Below, in pieces: positions 13,401 to 25,329 of a stretch of DNA of 64,000 nt. The notes under the pieces are model-generated. The model did no database searches, was not told the origin of the DNA, and saw only the letters and a list, made by a program, of their open reading frames with translations. Position 1 is the first letter of the stretch. Each line of letters opens with the position of its first letter. Origin of the DNA: Paragordius varius (taxonomy: Eukaryota; Animalia; Nematomorpha); NCBI GenBank assembly GCA_964247055.1, contig OZ176057.1:5208001-5272000 (forward strand), in the 5' to 3' direction. Both the position numbers and the translations under genes were made by a program.

Positions 13401-15062
13401 CTAGTAGATTTTAGCTAGGGGTTTACGACTAAAATAAATTTAATAAAAATAATGTTTTCCAGGCAATCTTCTACCAAAATTTATTTAATGTAAGTGCTTT
13501 AATCGACTTACAGCTATCCAAAAAGTCTAAATATTTTTAAATTTTTTTACACCAAAAGCACCATTAAAATCCTGACACCTAACAGAGGAATAATTTAATA
13601 TATATATATATATTTATATTATACCTAAATTAAGGTGTGTTATAGACCAATCCAAAAAGTTTATATTAATTGACAGAAACGCTAAATTGGTGTATATTTA
13701 CCTCCAAGTAAAGAATTATAATCATGCCAGTGCCTATTTATTATACCTGCAAACTTAGAGCTGTTTTGAGTACCATTCCTCATGCAATCTAACTTGAACC
13801 CCAATTTATTGTAATTGGTTCTATTATGCACATATGTAATGTCAGATTTGTACGTTTGTATAGTTTTGTTTCCCAGGGACAATGTACATTGGGTTTCTTC
13901 CTCAATTTTGGCTTTAATTATCACAACATCATCATTGGTAATTATCAAATTGGGCAAAACAACGGCTAAATTTTAAAAATAAAAATGGGAATAAAAATGT
14001 GTAAAAATATATAGTGTTTTGGCCTTTAAAAAATATTTGCGAAACGTGTTGAAGTTCAAAAGTTTAAATGAACTGATAAAATTTTAAATTCACCAAAATG
14101 GCAAAATTTCTTTCTTATATGATTTCAGTTTTTAACGGCTCACAGGTATAAATTTTAGGAAAGCGCTTTTTAAAATTTTCATATGGGGAGGCTTCATTCT
14201 GTGTATAATGTGGCCATAATAATATGTGTGGCTTTGAAGCTTTAAAGGAACCATATTGATGCATTAAAGCTTTTAGATATTTGAAACACAGAGGAAAATT
14301 TTATTCCAGCGCTTTTTTTAATATAACTAGAGGGCCTACCCCATAAAATGGGCGTACGAGGAAATAACAATGGGAAAACCACTTTTTGAGATTATTATTC
14401 ACCAAATTTTAGGTATTCCCCGTATACAGTCAAAGATTTTAATCTAATTTTTTTTAAATATGTCCCTTGGCAGAGCTTCTTTCCTTTTATAAGTTACTAT
14501 GCAAAAAATACAGAAGTAAAACATTCACTTGCTCCAATCAGGTGAGGGGTAAGGCTATTCCCTTTAAAATACGCCACTATATAAAATCAAATGAGGCCAA
14601 AGCCTACGAGAACATTTAATTAAATTTTGTTTTTTCCATTTTCGGTACAATAAAAGATTTAAGCGCTTTTTTCAATTAGTGTTTTTGGGTAAAGCCCTCT
14701 CTTTTATTAATTCGCCATCCTATGATACAATGTGAAATTGAAGCAATTTTTTGCCTAAATATAGCGACCATTCAATATGGTTTTTTTCTTGCGTATTAGC
14801 CGACTCCAGAAATTTTTACTCTTTGTTAACACATGACTTCGCGAGGCAAACTTTTTGGTTATATAGATATCTAAATTTTTAGTGCTTCCCCTATAACTCG
14901 ATTATTAAGCAAATACTTTGTTTTAGGAGAAAAATATTTTGTTAACATATTGATAATTAATAATTTCTCCATCATTATATATTTGAAAATAAAGTGTTAT
15001 TTTACCCTTGAATCATTTCATAATTAATATTTAAGAAAGTTTGTACCTAGGGCTTCATGATC

Positions 15063-15103
<41 letters not shown>

Positions 15104-15507
15104 AATTAGTTTTTCCAATTTTTTTTATTTAAATTCCTCTTATATGTAAATGCCTTCAAACAAAACCAGTTATAGTTTAAAGAACATTTTATTAAATCGT
15201 TATGGGATATTAAGATAGACTGCCACGCGCGATAAAGGCACATCTGTATATTATTATAATCATATTATCTTACGAGGATATATGGGATAACTTTCATATC
15301 GTTTTTGTTCTTTCGTACACGCAATATGGATTTTTCTAATTTTATCATTAAAAGAAAAGGTAATGGTTTTATCTGTAATGGTGTTCTCTATTTTGTCTAT
15401 TTTTGTTGTAAATAATAGACATTGCTTCGGATTGAATGCTTGTTCAGGAATTTCGAATGTGACATTGTTTTTAGACCAGGCTAAATTCTCTACCTTTATC
15501 ATCATGG
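1367..15507 (-). CDS. Multi-exon modular extracellular/cell-surface protein gene (tandem FN3/Ig-like domain exons plus S/T/P linker exons); partial, continues past the left window edge, 5' exon not identified
   Basis: Eleven open exons bounded by AG/GT, all phase 1-1 with lengths divisible by 3, which splice into one frame: 15274-15507, 13747-13965, 11671-11916, 11094-11144, 9916-9966, 8125-8388, 6616-6831, 4530-4775, 3953-4003, 3124-3372, 2547-2597, plus a twelfth at 1367-1417. The domain fold is inferred from size, beta-rich pattern and one FN3-like motif. Confidence 0.7.
2445..2501 (-). mobile_element. hAT-like element terminus (copies near 3855-3909 and 10996-11051)
   Basis: CAGGGGTATTTCCTATGCGGCCCGCGGACCG is typical of Charlie-type subterminal sequence; the other end was not found. 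Confidence 0.4.
2547..2597 (-). CDS. 51-bp Ser/Pro/Thr linker exon (DLTKSTSPSPSPSTPKP)
   Basis: Strong acceptor ttttttag|AT TTA and donor CCA G|gtaatt; phase 1-1. Confidence 0.75.
3124..3372 (-). CDS. 83-codon beta-rich domain exon, module D2 variant A
   Basis: catttag|TC AAA GGA ATA ATG ... TCA G|gtataa; open frame (ORF 3095-3361); 249 bp, phase 1-1. Confidence 0.75.
3953..4003 (-). CDS. 51-bp Ser/Pro/Thr linker exon (second copy)
   Basis: Identical to 2547-2597, same splice sites. Confidence 0.75.
4530..4775 (-). CDS. 82-codon beta-rich domain exon, module D2 variant B
   Basis: Same splice sites as 3124-3372; 246 bp; differs by 14 aa substitutions and one in-frame codon deletion. Confidence 0.75.
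4954..5345. mobile_element. Non-autonomous hAT (Charlie-like) MITE; second copy 12090-12481
   Basis: Perfect 16-bp TIR CAGGGCTTCTTAAACT / AGTTTAAGAAGCCCTG; TSD not preserved. Confidence 0.75.
6616..6831 (-). CDS. 72-codon two-cysteine domain exon, module D1
   Basis: aatttag|CC GTT GTG CCC ... GCA G|gtataa; 216 bp, phase 1-1; ...EETQCTLSLG...FKLDCKR... Confidence 0.75.
8125..8388 (-). CDS. 88-codon Cys-rich FN3-like domain exon
   Basis: Open frame containing FNNLKIGVKYFITV, which resembles the FN3 L-x-x-L-x-P-G-x-x-Y-x-V motif. ag|AT GTC ... ACA G|gtcatt gives 264 bp, phase 1-1. The acceptor is weak; an alternative internal acceptor ttttttag lies near 8287. Confidence 0.5.
9916..9966 (-). 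CDS. 51-bp linker exon (ETLATSQPEAAQSQSSS), second copy
   Basis: Identical to 1367-1417. Confidence 0.6.
11094..11144 (-). CDS. 51-bp Ser/Pro/Thr linker exon (third copy)
   Basis: Identical to 2547-2597. Confidence 0.75.
11671..11916 (-). CDS. 82-codon domain exon, module D2 variant B (identical to 4530-4775)
   Basis: ORF 11642-11905 translation identical to 4501-4764; same splice sites. Confidence 0.75.
13747..13965 (-). CDS. 73-codon two-cysteine domain exon, module D1 variant
   Basis: Paralog of 6616-6831 with the same splice sites, one extra codon and clustered amino-acid changes. Confidence 0.75.
15062..15100. repeat. (TA)n microsatellite
   Basis: About 18 uninterrupted TA units. Confidence 0.9.
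15274..15507 (-). CDS. 78-codon two-cysteine domain exon, module D0
   Basis: ataactttag|CC ATG ATG ATA AAG ... CCT C|gtaaga; 234 bp, phase 1-1; size and two-Cys spacing resemble D1 (KQCLL...HIAC vs TQCTL...KLDC). Confidence 0.7.
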
Positions 15508-15616
15508 CTAAAGTTATAAATTTTAAATAATAGTTGGTTAAAATATATATATACATATATGCATAATTTATACATATATATACTTATATATTTAATATAT
15601 TCATATATTTGAATCA

Positions 15617-15761
15617 CAATATGAGTAAGTATGCATTGCTACTAAGTTATTAATTATTGCCAAATAGCATATGCAGCAAAGAAAATTATAATTGGCTTTT
15701 AATTTGCTATTTGGCAAGTAATTATCAATGAAAAATTAGCAGTCTATACTTACTCATACTG
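15617..15761. mobile_element. Fold-back MITE (CAGTATGAGTAAGTA family)
   Basis: Inverted arms ...atgagtaagtat...ttgccaaatagc / gctatttggcaa...atacttactcatactg|ta. Confidence 0.55.
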
Positions 15762-16228
15762 TAGATTTGGATTTTAAAATCTCAAGTTAAAGAGATTAAA
15801 TTTTTTAGTTCTGATACGACTCAGATTAGTGAGTCATATATATAATATCCTAATATCCTGGAGAAAAATAAAAGATAATTGTCATTAAAAAAGAAACATT
15901 TGAAACAAAGAATAGAAATCAATTTTTTTTATCAAATTTATCATTTTGGTTTCAAAAGACTATTGAACCGTAGCTAAAAGTAAATGCGAATCCTTTAGCC
16001 CAAAAAATAATATATTATTTTCACTATATAAATAGTCCTTTACTTTAATTATATATTTTTTTCGTCATCTATTTATAAATTTCTCTATAATATAGTTCAT
16101 TACCTTTTAATTTTTATGTAATGATTATGTTTTGGGATTGTTTTACTTAAACTTGTAACGAATCTATGTTTTGAAAGTTTTTTGGTTAAAAAATATTTAT
16201 AAAACATTGTTCTAATGTGTGAGATATA

Positions 16229-16421
16229 CAGTATCAGTTAGTATATAATGCTAGAAAGTTATTATTTATTTCCAAATAGCATATACAACAAAGGGACTGT
16301 TATTGGCTTATAGTTATATTTTTCATTTTTTATTATTATTAGCCAATAAAACTTCTCTTTGCTCCATTAACTATTTGGCAATAAAAAATTACTTTCTAGC
16401 AATTTATTCTTAGTCATACTG
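16229..16421. mobile_element. Fold-back MITE, TA-flanked (Tc1/mariner-like), same family as 15617-15761; partial copies near 5605-5760 and 12740-12900
   Basis: ta|cagtat...gctagaaagtt...ccaaatagc...ttattggct pairs with agccaataa...ctatttggc...actttctagc...atactg|ta. Confidence 0.6.
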
Positions 16422-17239
16422 TAAAAGCGTATGCAAGAAGTCATTTTTTTAACAGACAATTCTTTTATGCGAAAGCTCATAAACAGCGAATTCATTTGCC
16501 ATAATTTTTTAAAAGTTGAAAAAAAATGAAAATCGGAAATTAAGTAAAAGTGAAAATCAAGGATTAAAGATAAAACTTGAAACATTGAAATTTATCACCA
16601 AGGGTATTAAATGAAACTCGGATAATAAAACGTTTGTCTAACATACTAATACACATTAAAATTTTATGAAGCATTATTTAAATAATTTTTTAAACTATTT
16701 ATTAGTTAACACTATTACATTCATATTTAATACATTTAAAATAATTAATAAAACATATTTTTTAATTTTTCATTTTTGTCATAGTTTAAATTTTTTAGAC
16801 GAGACAACTAATTTTGACTATTTTTAAGTGTATTTTTATTTAAAATTTATTTCATTAAAGTATATAAATAGTAAATCTGAAAAAATTGGTACCTAAGAAT
16901 TTTTTTATTAGGGTTTAGAAAAATTTTCTGCATTTAACATTAGACCCGAATCAAAAGCAAAAGTTTCAGACATTTAGCTGTGTTTATATTTCGAAAAAGC
17001 ACAAAAGACTGATTGGAAAGGTAGTTAGTCATTTAAATCAACTTGATTAACAAAATGTTCGATAATAATTTTCTTCCTATGCTACTAAAAATGATATTTT
17101 TAAAAAAAAGCATTTTTTAGAGGATTATTTTAAATGTATATAAATGTAATTACTGGTTTCAGAGGAGACTTAATAAAATATTAGTATATAAATTATTAAT
17201 ATATGAAAGACGAAGGATCAAGTAAATTACCAATTTTTT

Positions 17240-20200
17240 TATAAGGGTTTAGAGAATTTTTTTTTAACTGAATTTAACATTATACTCGAATCAAAATTAA
17301 ATGTTTCATTTAGCTGTTATATTTCGAAAGAGCTCAAAAGACGGATTCGAAGGGTAGTTAGTCATTTAAATCAAGCCGATATAAAAATATATTTGATAAT
17401 AATTTCCTTATTCTACTAAAAATGATATTTTAAAAAAAAAGCATTTTTTAGAGGATTATTTTAAATGTATATAATAATTACCGGCTACAGAGGACGAGAC
17501 TTGATAAAAGTATATAAATTAATATATGAAAGACATTAAATAAGGATCAAGTAAATGGTTTAGCGTCAAATCATTTTTTGCCAATCCAAAATTATTTTGA
17601 CAAAATTTAAGCGTTTATGTTATCATCTTTATTTTTCGATTTTACTATGGTGATGTATAGAATAACCCATGTTTGGTATCCGATAAAATTATATATCAGC
17701 CTTTGCTGTTTATTTAGATTGTTTTTTTTTCTACAAAATTTGTGTTTTTTTCACATTTAAATTTCATAATAATATATTTTAATAATATATATTGGATCTT
17801 TTTAAGTAAATTGGAATCCCCTATATATGTATTCTTTTCTAAATTATATTAGTAGAGTCTCATTATTAAGAAATTTAATTTAATGAATTAATTTTTGATT
17901 AACAAATGAAAAATAGTGTTGGTCAATTTCAATATATATATATATATGGAATAATTTATATTATCCTTAAAACACAAGTTTATATGTAAATTTTTTTCTT
18001 ATATTATATATCAAATTATGAATTATATATAATAGAGTAAAATAAAAATTAAAGATAAATATTTTTTAAACACTATATTTTTGGGTTCAGGAAATATAGA
18101 TAATTTTTTAATAAAAATAAAATTATTAATTTTGGATATTGTTCACTCTTTATCGCAATTAAATTGGGGTATGTGAATACACCAGACAAAATTTAAGTTA
18201 GGATCTTTTAAAAATTTTTGAAGGAAACGGTCCCAATTCAAATTTATGCTACTATCCTAATAAAAATTATATAAATATCCTTAAATATCTAAATAAAATT
18301 TCTTTAAAGTTCCATGTCAAACTACCTCGACGCCATTTTATTCTACAATATATTCGCAAAATATCGTCTTCATTTAATTTTAAGTGTAAAATTATTTTTT
18401 ATTTAAATTACATCTAACATTGATAGAAATAGAAAAAGTGGTTTATTTTTATATTATTTTTTATTTTCATCATTTTATATATGCCACGTTGACTAAATTT
18501 TTACTTTTAGGTTTGAAATAAATAATATCAAGTATATAAATTTTTTTATATATTTCGGATTATTGATGTTATAGTGCAAAATTTTGCCATGGTTTTGATT
18601 CCTTTTATATTTTTTAGAGAATATAATCTTAAACAGGCCTGGAATATCCAACTACCCCAATTTGAATCGAAGGACTGAAACGAATGTGTTTATCCAAGTA
18701 AGGATGTAGGTATTTTTAGATTCGTAAATAATTTTTATTTTTTAGGTAGAAATCGAAAATTGTATCAACATACAACATCTTAAAAAAATAATTACTTATT
18801 ATTTAAAATATCCATTTTTTTAATATACCTGCAGTTGGAGGTGCTATATGTATATATATATATAACAAATACTTATTATGATATTAAGATTTAATATATA
18901 AAAGAATGTGATTTTTTAAATAAACTCTCTCTCTCCCTCTGAATACCTCCTTAATTTAACCAGGCGCCGATTTAGTTAGCAATAGTGTCTATTTGTAATA
19001 TTTCTTATATTATAAAATAATCCATTTTCACTCATACTAAAACTAAAGTAAAATCTCATTTCATTCTTGAATATAAAAAAGGATACATAGGTACACACTT
19101 AATGTTAGTCAATACAGCATTGGCCATTTAGCAATACAGTAGGTAGCGAATGGTATAAAAAAAATTCTTTCTCTAATTTTATGTTGTAAGATTTTAAAAA
19201 TTTTAAATTAGTCATTCGTTATATAGCATACGCTATTGTATTGTCAATTGGCCAAAAATAATGTTAATTGACTAACATTCTTGGCATACTATACATATAT
19301 AATAGCGTCATTCTTTGAATGGGTAATCTCTTTTAAATCATGTGATATATACTATAATAAATTACCAATAATATTTAAATGCAAAAGCACCAACCTCAAA
19401 TTTTTCACATAGTATAATTGTCTTAATAGTTTGATTGCAAAGATATCCTCTTAAATGTTGCGTTTTATTTATTCGTTTATCTTCATAGTTATGAATATGA
19501 TATCAACTCTTAGTCTATTGATATACAAAACTACCAATTTATTTCATTTTGATTGTTTTCATTATAATCTTAGGATAAAAACTAATATTTTTCATGCGTG
19601 ATTGGATGAAATTAGATGGCTTCTAATTAACCAACATTTATATTACTAAAAGTTTTACAATGTAATCCATTTGTAGATTCGGCCTTTAAAACCTCTTATT
19701 TCCTCAAAAATAACGATTGAGAAGCAGGACAAGGCTCGGTGATAACTAAAGCATCCAGAAATATAACTTTAAGGGTGGAATCGATTCCATTTATTATTCT
19801 CAAAGCTCAGATTTATTTTCTTATTTGTTGTTTATATAGCAAGTGGGTTAGGGTCCATTTTGTTTCATAGCTCTTACGGTAAAAAAATTTTAATTTTATA
19901 ATCCCGCTTAAATCTTTATTTCATAATCTTATATATTGAACATATAAATACGAATAAAAAACTCAATATCGCACTAGAGTTTGCTATCAGGACAATATGT
20001 AGTCTTTGAATTAGAATGCCAGTTTTAAAAAAATTTAATAATATAATCACAAAAATTTTTAATATTTTCAAAATCAAAATAATTTAGTAATTGTTACCAC
20101 CTCCGTTTGAATCTAAAAATATATAAATAAAAATTTTAGAAACAACATATATGGTACTTAAAAGCTCCAATAGAAATATAATATAGGCAGGTCATAAGAT

Positions 20201-23200
20201 TATCAATAAAATAATTTATATAGATTCCTTCTTTTATTTAAAAAACATCGACTAAAATTCGAACTTTATATTTCGGTGTACCATTATTTTTGTTTATATC
20301 TACCATATTTTTTTGTTTTTCTATAAGGGTTTAGAGAATTTTTTTTAACTGAATTTAACATTATACTCGAATCAAAATTAAATGTTTCATTTAGCTGTGT
20401 TTATATTTCGAAAGAGCACAAAAGACTGATTCGAAAGGTAGTTAGTCATTTAAATCAACTTTATATAACAAAATGTTCGATAATAATTTTCTTCCTATGC
20501 TACTAAAAATTATATTTTAAAAAAAAGCATTTTTTAGAGGATTATTTTAAATGTATATAATAATTACCGGCTACAGAGGACGAGACTTGATAAAAGTATA
20601 TAAATTATTAATATATGAAAGACATTAAATAAGGATCAAGTAAATGGTTTAGCGTCAAATTATTTTTTGCCAATCCAAAATTATTTTGACAAAATTTAAG
20701 CGTTTATGTTATCATCTTTATTTTTCGATTTTACTATGGTGATGTATAGAATAACCCATGTTTGGTATCCGATAAAATTATATATCAGCCTTTGCTGTTT
20801 ATTTAGATTGTTTTTTTTTCTACAAAATTTGTGTTTTTTTCACAGTTAAATTTCATAATAATATATTTTAATAATATATATTGGATCTTTTTAAGTAAAT
20901 TGGAATCCCCTATGTATGTATTCTTTTCTAAATTATATTAGTAGAGTCTCATTATTAAGAAATTTAATTTAATGAATTAATTTTTTAATAACAAATGAAA
21001 AATAGTGTTGGTCAATTTCAATATATATATATATATATATATATATATGGAATAATTTATATTATCCTTAAAAAACCAATTTTATATGTAAATTTTTTTC
21101 TAATATTATATATCAATTTAATTATGAATTATATATAATAGACAAATTGAAGAAAACATAAATATTAAAAATAAATATTTTTTCCAAAACACTATATTTT
21201 TGGGTTCCAAAGAAGGCAATAGATAACACTAAATGAGTATTATGTAATAAAAATAAAATTATTAATTTTGGAGTGATATTGTTCACTCTTTATCGCAATT
21301 CAAATTGGGGTATTTAGATACACCAGACAAAATTTAAGTTAGGATTTTTTAAAATTTTTTGAAGGAAACGGTCCCAATTCAAATTATGCTTCTATCCTAA
21401 TAAAAATTATATAAATATGCTTAAATATCTAAAAAAAATTTCTTTAAAGTTCCACCATGTCCAACTGCCTCGACGCCATTTTATTCTACAATATATTCGC
21501 AAAATATCGTCTTCATTTAATTTTAAGTGTAAAATTATTTTTTATTTAAATTACATCTAACATTGATAGAAATAGAAAAAGTGGTTTATTTTATATTATT
21601 TTTTATTTTCACCATTGCACATATGCCACGTTGACTAAATTTTTACTTTTAGGTTTTATCTTGAAATAAATAATATCAAGTAAATAAATTTTTTTATATA
21701 TTTCGATTGATGTTATAATGCAAAATTTTGCCATGGTTTTGATTCCTTCCATATTTTTTAAAGAATTTAATCTTAAACAGGCCTGGAATATCCAACTACC
21801 CCAATTTGAATCGAAGGACTGAAATGAATGTGTTTATCCAAGTAAGGATGTAGGTTTTTTTAGATTTATTACTCGTAAATAATTTTTATTTTTTAGAAAT
21901 TGAAAATTGTATCAACATACAACATCTTAAAAAAATAATTATTTATTATTTAAATTATCCATTTTTAATATACCTGCAGATGTAGATTCTATTTTTTTTA
22001 AATAACAAATACTTATTATGATATAACTAAGATTTAATCTATAAAAGAATGTGATTTTTTAAATAAACTCTCTCTCTCCCTCTGAATACCTCCTTAATTT
22101 AACCAAGCGCCGATTTTAGCAATAGTGTCTATTTGTAAAGATATTTGTTATATTTTAAACTCCCAATCCATTTTGACTCATACTAAAACTAAAGTAAAAG
22201 CTCATTTCATTCTTTAATAAAAAAAGGATACATAGGTGCACACTTAATGTTAGTCAATACAGCATTGGCCATTTAGCAATACAGTAGGTAGCGAATGGTA
22301 TAAAAGAAATTCTCTCTCTGAAAATTATGTTGTAAGATTTTAAAAACCATTCGTTATATAGCATACGCTATTGTATTGTCAATTGGCCAAAAATAGTGGT
22401 AATTGACTAACATTCTGGGCATACTATACATATATAATAGCCTCATTCTTTGAATGGGTAATCTCTTTTAAATCATGTGATATATACTAAGATAATTAAT
22501 TACCAATAATTTTAAAATGCAAAAGCCCCAAGCTCCTCAATTTTTTTCATATAGTATAATTGTCTCAATAGTTTGTTTGCAAAGATATCCTCTTAAATGT
22601 TGCGTTTTATTTATTCGTTTATCTTCATAGTTATGAATATGATATCAATTGTTAGTCAATTGATATACAAAACTATTACCATTTTATTTCATTCTGTTTG
22701 TTTTCATTATAATCTTATGATAAAAACTAATATTTTTCATGCGTGATTGGATTTAGAAATTTGATGGCTTCTAATTAACCAACTATAGTACTAAAAGTTT
22801 TAAAATGTAATCTATTTGTAGATTCGGAACCTATTATTTCCTCAAAAATAACGATTGAGAAGCAGGACAAGGCTCGGTGATAACTAAAGCATCCAGAAAT
22901 AAACTTTAAGGGTGGAATCGATTCCATTTATTATTCTCAAAGCTCAGATTTATTTTCTTATTTGTTGTTTATATAGCAGGTGGGTTAGGGTCCATTTTGT
23001 TTCATAGCTCTTACGGTAAAAAAAATTTAATTTTATAATCTCGCTTAAATCTCTATTTCATAATCTTATATATTGAACATATAAATACGAATAAAAAACT
23101 CAATATCGCACTAGAGTTTGCTATCAGGACAATATGTAGTCTTTGAATTAGAATGCCAGTTTTAAAAAAATTTAATAATATAATCACAAAAATTTTTAAT

Positions 23201-23461
23201 ATTTTCAAAATCAAAATAATTTAGTAATTGTTACCACCTCCGCTTGAATCTAAAAATATATAAATAAAAATTTTAGGGTATTTAAACAACATATATGGTA
23301 ATTAAAAGCTCCAATAGAAATATAATATAGGCAGGTCATAAGATTATCAATAAAATAATTTATATAGATTCCTTTTTTTATTTAAAAAAACATCGACTAA
23401 AATTCTAACTTTATATTTCGGTGTACCATTATTTTTGTTTATATCTACCATGTTTTTTTTG
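17240..23461. repeat. Older ~3.1-kb tandem duplication (17240-20321 vs 20322-23461) with a ~330-bp partial third copy at ~16905-17235
   Basis: tataagggtttagagaatt at 17240 and 20322; colinear throughout with many small indels. Confidence 0.92.
18161..18663. mobile_element. ~500-bp MITE with imperfect ~25-bp TIRs; copies at 21302-21807 and 44801-52514 (interrupted by the LTR element)
   Basis: aaattggggtatgtgaatacaccag pairs with ctggaatatccaactaccccaattt; three dispersed homologous copies. Confidence 0.6.
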
Positions 23462-23769
23462 TGTAAATCCCCTTATTTATATATAAACTATAACAAAAAA
23501 TTACCTTGCGACAACGCTAAATAAACATATTTAATGGAATAAGTATGCAATAATTAAATGGGTATAAATATGTAAAACATACTAAACTTCACGTATCCCA
23601 GGTAGATAAAAAGCAGTAGCAGTTTGGGACAAATTTTAATACCCATTTTGCTTGAAAATTTTTTTACCAGAGATGTGTGTTTTAAAAATCAGTTATTTTT
23701 GAACCAGAGAATAGTAAAAATAAATTTAATGAAAATTATTTATCATTAAAAAAATAGTTAAATGATATA

Positions 23770-24170
23770 TATGTATAATAAGACTATTTATATATCATCA
23801 GAGTAGTCGAGACTAAACAAAATTGATAACCAATTAAAATCAACCACACATTTTGTTTATACATAAGGTAAGGTAAGGTAGTAAACGATTATAAGTTATA
23901 AAAAATAAATCAGTATAGATGCATTAACACAGGTACTTTAAATTTACGATTTGAAAAAAATGTATGAAAAGCAATATCTATACTCTTTAGATAAAAGCTT
24001 ATTTTATATATTATCAGAGTAGTCGAGACTAAACAAGATTGATAACCAAGTAAGAACCAATTAAAATCAGCCACACATTTTGTTTATACATTAGGGAAGG
24101 TAAGGTAGTAAACGATTATAAGTTATAAAAAATAAATCAGTATAGATGCATTTACACAGGTACTTTAAAT
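23770..24170. repeat. ~220-bp local direct duplication
   Basis: atcagagtagtcgagactaaacaa...cacaggtactttaaatt occurs at ~23795 and ~24013. Confidence 0.85.
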
Positions 24171-25329
24171 TGGCGAATATAATGTATGAAAAGCAACTTC
24201 AATTTAGGTAAAAGGATATTTGTTTACATTAGATATATGTATAATATAAAAATTCTTATAATGAAAACGGCTGTACATATATTATTTTCAGGGCATTATA
24301 TCCTCCTCATTTTCGAATAATAAAAAACAGGTACAAACGAAAAACTATGTATTTTATATAAATGGATGGGTGGATGATTTTGATTGGCTCTAAATGTTTT
24401 AGATAGTTATATATTGTCTGTAAAACATATCAGATAAATAATATGTTTCCAATTGATAATATGTTTAACTATAAATAATTATATAAATGATTGATAGCAT
24501 AATATTGGATATATAATATTCAGAGTCTTTTATTGTTAAAATTACCCCTTGCTATTTCCGGGGCTTATTCTTATTATTATTCATATGAAGAATAATACCT
24601 AGATTGCCAATTCAAACACATGGTCATGAAATAATTTCATATAATTCCATCGAATTTGGCTTAATGCAATATCTAGCGTTCTTAAACACTCTATTACCCT
24701 TTCACCTTTTTGTCCTAGTTCATTTTTTGGGTAGTTTTATATCCCAGATAAATATACAGTTTTGGAAGTTATTTTAGATGCATTAGATAAAAAATCTTCT
24801 AAATTTTTCATTGTGACTTCTAGAGTCTAATTGGACTGCTCCTAAGTACGATTGAAACGGAGAGCTGATATTAAAAGCAAAAGGTAAAATATAGCCTGAG
24901 AGCTTTTTAAAGTCGCAGTACAGGGATATAATCGATCTGTGACTACTTATTTCTCGTAGGTAATTAAATGGCTATCTGTTTTTGATATATTTGTTATAGC
25001 TAAATTATAAGATTGAGAAAATCTTAATAAATTAGCTCCCTACTTTTTAACACCGTAACTTTATCATGCCGATCAAAACTTCTTAGATTTTGTCCCATGT
25101 CCACAGCAATCACCACAAAAAATGATTTCTGTCTTTCGGTAATAAAGTAGCTCTCTATCCAACAAACTATAAAATTTCTCTATTCTCAGTTTAGTCAACC
25201 CTATCTGAGAATCTTAACGCTAAGGATTGTAGAAACCCTTTTATCTAACAATATCATAGTGTTAGCAATGTCAGCACATCTAACCTCAATTAAATGATTA
25301 GCAAAACTGGAATAAATGACAGCGTAGTT

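Larger units (their letters stand above)
1..14595. repeat. Large tandem segmental duplication (1-7457 vs 8549-14595; full unit ~7458-14595)
   Basis: Position 1 aaatttgctgcc recurs at 8549; homology ends at ...aaatcaaatgag (7457/14595); copy 1 carries one extra 1.4-kb sub-unit. Confidence 0.95.

Noticed and set aside
14620-14870. Protein-like minus-strand frame (NQKVCLAKSC...IEWSLYLG...)
   Set aside because: Two or three in-frame stops and no consistent splice pair; at most a decayed module
16367-16585. ORF with a hydrophobic N-terminus as the signal-peptide exon of the modular gene
   Set aside because: No suitable phase-1 donor after the hydrophobic stretch, and the 3' part overlaps a MITE
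1636-19880. Alternative genetic code (TAA/TAG read as Gln), suggested by several TAR-interrupted frames
   Set aside because: The LRR gene ends in TAA, and none of the well-supported exons contains internal TAR while they use CAA/CAG freely; decay or chance in AT-rich DNA is sufficient
23790-23810. CTGATGA on the minus strand as a hammerhead core
   Set aside because: No stem II or GAAA downstream
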